In this document: piece after piece, positions 55,153 to 64,000 of the stretch
How positions within the stretch are numbered: the stretch's first letter is position 1
How the letters are laid out: each line of letters opens with the position of its first letter
Source of the DNA: Podarcis pityusensis
Lineage: Eukaryota
Direction: 5' to 3' (one strand)
Assembly: GCA_964106645.2 (NCBI GenBank)
Contig: OZ067046.1
Length of the DNA stretch: 64,000 bases
Position numbers and translations under genes: made by a program
The notes under the pieces: generated by a model
What the model was told of the DNA's origin: nothing
The model's database searches: none
What the model saw: the letters and a program-made list of their open reading frames with translations, nothing else

Positions 55153-55327
55153 CTGATACCAGGAGTATGCTCGATCTGATGGATCAATGAGAATGGTGAT
55201 GATTTTTGCCTTGGGAATCAAAGAAGCTGCTCGTTTTGGGGCTTCTTCAGAATGGAAATAGTTAGCACTCTTCTCAAAAAGGAAGTCTGTAGTAATGTTT
55301 GAAGGTGCAGGAAAGAATTCCATATAC
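55153..55327 (-). CDS. NDST3: NDST3 exon with 3'-phosphate binding motif
   Basis: ctgtAG acceptor, GTagaa donor; [24 protein letters not shown]...[14 protein letters not shown]. Confidence 0.94.
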
Positions 55328-57361
55328 CTACAGAAAAAGAATATGTTCCTTAGAACAGTTTAGAAGTTGCAAGCATTATGCAGAAAGGAACTTATTTTGA
55401 GCATGAGCACATTAAAAAAATTCAAAGACAAGCTTTATCTGTTATATTTTGTAATATGTTAAACCAATCCTAGGTGTCATTGTCAAATAGAAGTAACCAA
55501 ATGTTTGCTCTTGTCTGCTAAACGGTATTTCCTAATTAGATAAATGAGAAGTTTAGAAACTTTCCAACCACACACACCTGGAATCACATTTTATCGAGGT
55601 TTTGGAGCAGGAACATTTGTTGACGTGATCTGGCCAGAAGCTGCAGCCATTCTGTCAGTGGCCTTTGATTCAGGCTTTTGTGGTAGAAAAACAAGACTGC
55701 TATGAGTTCTGACATCTCACAAACCTAGTTAGAGTGAAAAGCATATACAACTGCCTGTGAATCAATACAACTACCTTCCATGTCTGCTTTCAGCTCTGTG
55801 AGCATATTGATTCACAGACAATGCTATATGTTGTCCCTATAACTAGCCTTGCTAAATGTTAGAGTCCATGAAGACAGTCTGTCCAGGGAAACAACATTTG
55901 AGAAATTTCAACATTTTGTTTCCTTTTCCCCAGTAATGTATCTTATTTTCTCCTTAACACTGTACAATACTATCAACAGAAGTGCTTCATGGAGGCTGTT
56001 CTTAGTTGTTGCAGTTCATATGATGATCAGATTTACAAAAATGGAAGAATCTGAACAAACTGTGTGTGACAAACTGTGTGTGAGTCAGTCAGCAGCAAGC
56101 ATTTTAGTTGACTAACCAAATAAACATGTGATATTTATTAACCACAAACCACCTGTTGGACTTAATAATAAAAATCTGTTGCAAAAATAAAACCAATATG
56201 GCATTTGTCATTCTAAGAAAGTAGACTACTCTTATAGAATCAGCATCAATGTGTGAGAACAGAGTTCCATGAGAAAACCTGCTAGAGTGGATCTTTTCTG
56301 GGATTGGTCCATCAGGCAAAATATCCTGATGCAAGACTGGGGCCCTCTCTTCAAGGATTATTTTCTCACTACTCTCTACATGGTATCAATAAACCTTCCC
56401 TCACTGTTAACATTATGGGTAATTAGAACATTATGGTTAAGTAGAATAATATTAATATATTAGAACAGAATGGAATAATATAATGTTATGGTTAAGTAGA
56501 AGACAGTGGACACAATCCAAGAGGAAGTTCATTTATGCCAAGAAAATGACTACTTTTGCAGAGAACCCATTCATTTTAATGAGACGTGAACATGAAGATG
56601 TCCTACAGGATTTCCCTCTTGCACATGTGAGGAGTAAAACACAAAGACGTCTAAAATTACTGCTAAACTGGCTATTCCCCATCTTGCTGTTTAATGCTGT
56701 GCCTGAAGCTGGAGGTAAAAGGAAGTCAGATGGTTTCAAAGAGGGAGAAAAGTGGAATGGTTAAGCCAGACTCAACTATGTTCCCCTAAAAATATGTGGG
56801 ATGGTTATAGATCCTCCTGAAAATATGTGGGCTGGCATTCCACTACATTTTGTGTACTGTTTTAGTCATATGCAGCAGCATGTTTAGGAAGATCAGCTTT
56901 TATGAAAGTGAACAGAAACCTCTAAAGAGACATGTAAGAAACACAGCAGTGGTTCTTTTTAAATTGCTACTTGCTACCTTAGTAAAGAATAGAATGTTGT
57001 GGTTTATATTGTCTTTTAGGTAGACTCAGAATTGTAGCTGCTAGATAATACTCCATTTCCATTCAAGACACAATTACATAACGTGACAAATTGTAATTAA
57101 ACTTCTCTTTCTTTGTATAATCAGAAGTATCTAATTGTTTGAAATATACCAGTATTTTCCAATAGCTGTGGTAAAATAAGGGAAGAAATCACAGATGGCA
57201 TTTCTTGTATTTGTTATTGATGCTACATTATTTGCACACACTTAATTTTTAGAATAGTAAAAGTTATTTTAGTCTGCATAAACAACCTCACATTGGTAAT
57301 GCCATTTTTGTATTGTGCACAGTATAGAATTTTTGAGATTTATACTAGTAACCCATCTTAC

Positions 57362-57485
57362 CAATCAATCCCCCTGTGGTAGTTATTTCTATTAAAGAAC
57401 TGTACCTCCTCAAAGGTTTTGGGGCTGGGGGAGTTACTAATGATGGATGGATGCATAATCAGGAACAAATACAAAGCTGTTGTAC
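57362..57485 (-). CDS. NDST3: NDST3 exon
   Basis: tttcAG acceptor, GTaaga donor; [40 protein letters not shown]. Confidence 0.94.
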
Positions 57486-58356
57486 CTGAAAAGAGAATAA
57501 AATCCAAGAGCTGAGACAAGACAGGACATTCTATCAACTGGATCCTAATTTTATACAACATTTGTATTTTGTGATAATCATCCTCAATTATACCAGCAAT
57601 GAACTTTTAAAAACATGTATAAAATGCATGCGAAACTTTCTTCAATGAACAAAAAGTACTTGTCTTTAAAAAGTTTTCTTGGATCAATGCTGAATTGAAA
57701 TTTATTTAAGTAGTAGCTGTATACTGAGAACACCTGAGATTTCATTCACCTGAGATTGCAGAAGATGCACTACTTTATTGTTTTATTTAAATTTATATAC
57801 CACTTTTCCATTAAAAAATCTGCTCAAAGTAGCTCACAATAGAACAAAAATGCAAATCAATAAATCATTACAATAGGAATCAAATATGAAATAAATTCAA
57901 AACATAACATGACAATCCAGCAAATAACTCAGTTTGATTATATTAACATTGTAACACTTTAGAGTCATCATAAAACAAACTCAATTGTTGAAACATCAAT
58001 TAATAACAAATACAGTAAATGTTCAAATACAGCTGAATGCCAACAATAAAAATAAAGGAAAGCAAATGTCCCTGCTCAAACTAAACAAGTATAAAAATAT
58101 TGGTGTATGCTGGTATTTGGGTTATGTGTGGAAGAACACAACTCTAAATAAATATTTTTTGTTTAATACAATCACTTATAATTTAACAGCCATTTTGGAG
58201 TAGACAGTTGTAATGTTGGGGCAGGGTCTATGAATCAAACAGAACAGCCTTGTGCTCTGTTGGTTCATAGAAGCTGCAGTGTAGATAAGCCTGAGTTCAT
58301 CATTGTTGCTCCTAGCTAATATTTTCTTCTACCAAGCCAATTCAATAAGCCCTTAC

Positions 58357-58453
58357 CAGTTTTCTGGGGTCCAATAACCAGGAATTTTGGTAACCGATCA
58401 CAGGTTTTTTCTTTTGACCAGATATCTCTGTGTCGCTTGTCATCACAAGGATT
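58357..58453 (-). CDS. NDST3: NDST3 exon with PAPS 5'-phosphosulfate-binding loop
   Basis: cttAG acceptor, GTaagg donor; [32 protein letters not shown](G). Confidence 0.94.
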
Positions 58454-58924
58454 CTAAGTTAAGGAAAAAGCAATCTTTCATCATCATCATCATCATTATT
58501 ATTGCTACTAGTCAACAGTAGCTAAATTGTCTAGTTTACATATTATGCTGCAAGATAAATTTAAATTTCTAAACATTAAAATTAATTTTTAACTTTATTT
58601 TTTGAATGATGAATATAAAATAAGTATTGCTGCTAGGAATCACATTTCCTTATTATAATCTAATAGCACAATCCTATGCAATCAGCACTGAGTGCAAAGA
58701 GGCTTATTCCTAAGTAATTGTGTATAGGACTGCAGCCTTAATTTATGTTTATCTAGTATCAATGCTAAAATAGTTTATATTTATTCTATTCATAATATCT
58801 GGTACCACCATGTGGGCCATTTTTGGCAAGTGGATGGGGACACCCACTTGTCAATAACCTGACATCACAGGATGATTCAAACTTCAACATAAGGATTTAG
58901 GCAAACATAAGGCATCATTCCCCG

Positions 58925-59203
58925 ACATGGATCACTGCCTTGTCGCGGCGAAGGGGCTTGAATAACTCCAAGAAGCTCTGAGCTATGCCGTGTAGGGCCA
59001 CCCAAGACGGACAGGTCATAGCCAAGAGTTTAGACTAAATGTGATCCACCTGGAGAAGGAACTGGCAAACCACTCCAGTATTTTGCCAAGAAAACTCCAT
59101 GGACATAAAAAGGAGAAGCTTTGAGAAGAAAGTGAGAGTTTCCAAGGCATGCTCTGGTTCATGGGGTCACGGAGAGTCGAAGACGACTAAGACTAAACAA
59201 CAA
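58925..59203 (+). mobile_element. Short internally deleted RTE/BovB-derived element (5' UTR segment fused to 3' tail)
   Basis: ATGGATCACTGCCTTGTCG...GGCAAACCACTCCAGTATT (BovB-like 5' part) followed by CATGGGGTCACGGAGAGTCGAAGACGACTAA...AACAACAA (BovB-like tail). Confidence 0.65.
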
Positions 59204-59439
59204 GAGTTTGGATTTGATATCCCGCTTTATCACTACCCTAAGGAGTCTCAAAGCGGCTAACATTCTCCTTTCCCTTCTTCCCTCACAACAAACACTCTGT
59301 GAGGTGAGTGGGGCTGAGAGACTTCAGAGAAGTGTGACTAGCCCAAGGTCACCCAGCAGCTGCATGTGGAGGAGTGGAGACGCGAACCCAGTTCACCAGA
59401 TTACAAGTCTACCACTCTTAACCACTACACTACACTGGC
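59202..59439 (-). mobile_element. tRNA-derived SINE, Squam3-like
   Basis: Close match to the 23558-23807 copy. Confidence 0.8.
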
Positions 59440-59804
59440 ACCATTGGATTACAAAGGGGAGAAAAATCTCCAAATTATATATGTTGCTAGGTTGTGTAAA
59501 ATACTTTGCTTTTATATGGTTTTTAAGAAGCAGAGGTATAGAAAGGGGGGGGGGAGTAATGATAAAAGTGATACTGATTTTATAACATTCGGTTAGCAAT
59601 CAAAAGCTTTGCTTAGTTAGATTCAGATTAGTAATCTGACATTAAGGGTAGAAAGCAGTTTTATGTATGTGGTGTATGATTTTTATGCTGCATGTTCAAT
59701 CCCTGAGATCTACAGGTAGGGCTGAAAAAGACTATCTGACTGCACAGAAGATTAAGCAATCTGTCTGCTCTATCCCTTATAGCATGTTTCTTTTGCAATC
59801 TTAC

Positions 59805-59987
59805 CTGCCAAAGAGGGTCCTTTTGCTCTGGGAAGAGTTCAAAGTACTTGTGAGCCAACTGAATTGGAGGTAGTGTCTGCAGCTTCAGGTTAGTCCAACT
59901 CTGAACAAAATTAGCCAGATTGACAAAGGTGTACAAACCCAAGCGGTCATTCCCATAGTTAGACAAGTGAGTCATGAAGATGCTGAT
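59805..59987 (-). CDS. NDST3: NDST3 exon, end of N-deacetylase domain
   Basis: ttacAG acceptor, GTaaga donor; [61 protein letters not shown]. Confidence 0.94.
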
Positions 59988-60675
59988 CTGTAAAACAAAA
60001 CACATTTTTCTTACGGTATCACTAGATGGCAGTGAAGTTCCAGGGAAGATAACATCCATGCTATTTGTCCTTAATGCTCTGGCTACGCATGCTCTTATTG
60101 ACAGGCGTATCCTATGCTCTGCTGTGGTGGTAAGACAGCACAGTAAAGCACATTGGGCTCCCAGGGCTGGTATGACATGGCTAGTTTCTATGCAGCATGC
60201 AGTTAGTAGTGCATCAGTGAAATGATGCTACATCAGCTGCAGTGATAAACTAAGTAAAAAAGAATTTTGGAAGCATTGGGAAGACTTGTTCTCTACCACT
60301 ATAGACTTTGAATCAGTTATAATAAGACCCAATTTTTGGCCAGCAAATGTGCTTGGCAAATGAACAGCTGTTCAATTATTATTATCTAAATATTTTATTA
60401 AATGGACTGTATAAATAATATCCCTCCCGCCCAAAATTTTCATACAGGAAACGGAACAAAAATAATAATCATGTATATTGTTATTAGATGCATATAAAAT
60501 AAAGTTCCTCCAGATGGCTTAAAAGGTCTGTGGTTCCTTTCCCCCTGGTTGGAGTCTAATGTTGTGTGTGTGTTTCCCCCCAAGAGTGCAGTATTTCAAA
60601 CATTTCTATGCCAAGCAGGTAAGTCTAGATCTTCCAAAGATTTCCATCTCTGAACTACAGATTGCTGTGTAGTGA

Positions 60676-60781
60676 TCAACAAATAAGGTAGCAATCCCTT
60701 ACATGGTAACAGAATTCCCTGCAAATTCAACAAATAAGGTAGCAATCCCTTACATGGTAACAGAATTCCCTGCAAATTCAA
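60676..60781. repeat. 51-bp perfect tandem duplication
   Basis: tcaacaaataaggtagcaatcccttacatggtaacagaattccctgcaaat x2. Confidence 0.93.
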
Positions 60782-61357
60782 GTTATATATAAGGTGCATA
60801 CAATATCTAATAGTTCCCCATGAGCTGCTACTTTCCCTGCTATACAGCCCCTGGAAACAAATACAATACCATTGGTTACACTTCCCTAGAAAAGATCTGA
60901 ATGTCGTTAAAAACAACTGTCTGAATCAGAAGGGATTAGTCAACCCAAAACTTGTGATTACGAAAGCCATGCATTCCTCTCCAAAGGCATGGGCTCTTGT
61001 CTCTGACCTCACCTCTAAAAGAAGGCGTGAGACCAGAGACAATCCCACACTCCCTTTCACAGCTCTCAACTTGGAGCTGGTGAAAAGGGTGGGGATTTCA
61101 TGCAAAGCAAAAACGAAGCCCTTGTCCCACCTTTCACTCAGAGCTGGAAAGGGAGAGTCTGGAGCTATGTTGTGTTTCTATACTTGCTGGGTTGTTGAAG
61201 TATCTGGCAGGTGAGAGCAAAGATGCTACACCTGTGTACCCCTACCCTGAGGCAGAATCAAACCCCAAATTGCATGCTTTCCTTCAACTTTGGGGATGGA
61301 TCCACTATTATTTGGAATAGAAAGACCAGATAGTCTTTCTATTCCATGATATTCTTG

Positions 61358-62472
61358 CCTCATGATATTCTTGTAAAGAAGCTGGTAAAATGTGGTGTTG
61401 ACTATGCTACCACTCAGTGGATTTGTAACTGGCTGACTGACCGAACCCAAAGGGTGCTCATCAATGGTTCCTTTTCATCCTGGAGAAGAGTGACTAGTGG
61501 GGTGCCACAAGGTTCTGTCTTGGGCCCGGTCTTATTCAACATCTTTATCAACGACTTGGATGATGGACTCAAGGGCATCCTGATCAAATTTGCAGATGAC
61601 ACCAAATTGGGAGGGGTGGCTAACACCCCAGAGGACAGGATCACACTTCAAAACGACCTTGACAGATTAGAGAACTGGGCCAAAACAAACAAGATGAATT
61701 TTAACAGGGAGAAATGTAAAGTATTGCACTTGGGCAAAAAAAATGAGAGGCACAAATACAAGATGGGGGACACCTGGCTTGAGAGCAGTACATGTGAAAA
61801 GGATCTAGGAGTCTTGGTTGACCACAAACTTGACATGAGCCAACAGTGTGACGCGGCAGCTAAAAAAGCCAATGCAATTCTGGGCTGCATCAATAGGAGT
61901 ATAGCATCTAGATCAAGGGAAGTAATAGTGCCACTGTATTCTGCTCTGGTCAGACCTCACCTGGAGTACTGTGTCCAGTTCTGGGCACCACAGTTCAAGA
62001 AGGACATTGACAAACTGGAACGTGTCCAGAGGAGGGCAACCAAAATGGTCAAAGGCCTGGAAACGATGCCTTATGAGGAACGGCTAAGAGAGCTGGGCAT
62101 GTTTAGCCTGGAGAAGAGGAGGTTAAGGGGTGATATGATAGCCATGTTCAAATATATAAAAGGATGTCACATAGAGGAGGGAGAAAGGTTGTTTTCTGCT
62201 GCTCCAGAGAAGCGGACACGGAGCAATGGATCCAAACTACAAGAAAGAAGATTCTACCTAAACATTAGGAAGAACTTCCTGACAGTAAGAGCTGTTCGAC
62301 AGTGGAATTTGCTGCCAAGGAGTGTGGTGGAGTCTCCTTCTTTGGAGGTCTTTAAGCAGAGGCTTGACAACCATATGTCAGGAGTGCTCTGATGGTGTTT
62401 CCTGCTTGGCAGGGGGTTGGACTCGATGGCCCTTGTGGTCTCTTCCAACTCTATGATTCTATGATTCTATGA
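61358..62472 (+). mobile_element. 5'-truncated CR1 LINE with uninterrupted ORF2 C-terminus (reverse transcriptase)
   Basis: 348-aa ORF with [10 protein letters not shown] and FADD motifs; 3' UTR ending in (ATTCTATG)n; antisense within an NDST3 intron. Confidence 0.95.
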
Positions 62473-64000
62473 CTTGGTGTAAGGCAGCTTCCTGTGTTTC
62501 TATGGATCATGTTAGCAGTCCTCCCTACCCCACACCTCCAGGATTGGGAGTCCAGGGCTCATCACCCTCTCCAGAAAGCGATTGAACACATGCCACTGCA
62601 AATAAAAACTGTGGAGCCCTGCTAATCAGGACAACTAAAGTACATACATTAAAGAGAAAGCATTGTATTTCAAACAATATTGTATTTTTGTATTCACAAT
62701 ACCAAATGCAGTATTTTTCTACAAAAGCTGCCCAACTAGCAAACACAATGCTGAACTGCCTAGCCTTGCTTACATGGGAAGCAGCTTGAATATCTTGTTA
62801 AAAGGCCAATTAATTGTAGGAATGACTGGATGTGCTAGAAATTGAAATACAGTCTAATATTATAAGACATTTCCTCTGGCTCAATCTGAGATAAGGTATT
62901 TCTTTGCATGACAGGAAGAAGGTATGATATTATTTAAACCTTTTCCTCACCCGCAAAATCAAGGTTTAGAGAAGGAAAGTTGGATTTGCAGCTTTCAGGT
63001 TGCAATGCATTTTAAAATGTACCTTCTATGCACTCCATTTCCACCCAAAGCTCTGCAATTCTATTTCTGTGCTGCTTCTTTAGCAGAATTTGCAACAAGC
63101 ATCATTTCACAGAGAATTTGTTTAATGAGTGTCACCTTGTGACACTGCCTGGCTTGTGACTAAAGCCCGGGGCTTCATTTTTTGTTATTCTCAAAGCATG
63201 AAGAGATACAAAGAGATATAATTCATAGAACACAATCCCCCTTATAAAGCTAGAATGGTAAAAAAAATGTATTTTCAAAAGATGGCTGTGTTCCCTTCAG
63301 GCAAGGAATAATGTATTTTTTGGCCACATGTATAACCTTTTCAAATTTCTTTTATTATTTTTAGTGCTGAAGCCAGAAGTAGTCTAGAAACTGGACTGTT
63401 ACTTTCAACAAAGATATAATTGGAAGGTTTCCCCACAAAAGGTAAGCTTGATTTTTCAGCAGCTTCTTTTTCCTCCTACACCTGTGCTGACCTCTGACAT
63501 TTATAATGTCAGTTCACCTCCCGGCAATTCTTTACCTGCCAACAACTTTAACACTGCACTGAAAGAGGGGGAAAGAGAGAGAACTTGAAAAGGTTAGTAG
63601 TTCAGGGAAAATATGTATTATTCTTTCCCTGAAGCAAATCTCACTATAATCCTAAGAATGTTATGGTGTGGAGGGTTTTTACTCTTTTTCCTTTTTTTTT
63701 TTAAAAAAGTGGACTAAATAGATCATAATAAATCATTTTCAAAAAGAAGATGCTTTGCCAGGGAAGAGAAAAAAATTAAACATGGACCTCAAATTCAGTT
63801 TTAATTCCACTCTGCCTCTGCATTACAAAATGGTCAACATATTTGCAAGAAAAGAGACATGATAAAATGTTAGTTTCAGCTCATAGTGTTAAATCTAGGT
63901 TTCCTTGGCTGTTTTAAAATATGTTTATTATATGTTTACACAACTGTTAGAAGGGATTCCAAAACCTGCTTGTCATGTTTTTATGTTCTACTCAGGAAAG

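Noticed and set aside
47239-59987. Assignment as NDST4
   Set aside because: NDST3 and NDST4 are very similar, but adjacency to SNORA24 and PRSS12 matches the known NDST3 locus. A phylogeny would be decisive.
52315-60781. Tandem repeats as a CRISPR-like array
   Set aside because: No repeat-spacer structure, and the DNA is vertebrate intronic sequence
61346-62392. 348-aa RT ORF as a host gene or a novel RT system
   Set aside because: It is a typical 5'-truncated CR1 ORF2 with the CR1 tail and no endonuclease domain or promoter

Overview
Eukaryotic (vertebrate) genomic DNA. The repeat content (Sauria SINE, Squam3-like SINE, CR1, BovB/RTE fragments, small TIR elements) points to a squamate reptile, probably a lacertid lizard. 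Two spliced protein-coding genes converge. PRSS12 (neurotrypsin) lies on the + strand with 11 coding exons from 1933 to the stop at 32463; its 5' exons are outside the window. NDST3 (heparan sulfate N-deacetylase/N-sulfotransferase) lies on the - strand with its last 8 coding exons from 59987 to the stop at 47239. All exon boundaries were read as AG/GT with consistent phase. Between the two genes, invisible to the ORF track, is a CpG island with a TATA box and a 5'TOP/TCT start (~37191-37219, - strand). It drives a non-coding snoRNA host gene (SNHG8 by synteny) carrying a box H/ACA snoRNA, SNORA24 (36552-36686, -). Both of its guide pockets match conserved 18S rRNA sites. The predicted host-gene and PRSS12 poly(A) signals face each other 8 nt apart. 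The rest is intronic or intergenic DNA with many transposable elements. I found no evidence for a wholly new biological system. The most notable hidden features are the snoRNA host unit, the convergent poly(A) site and several transposon structures.
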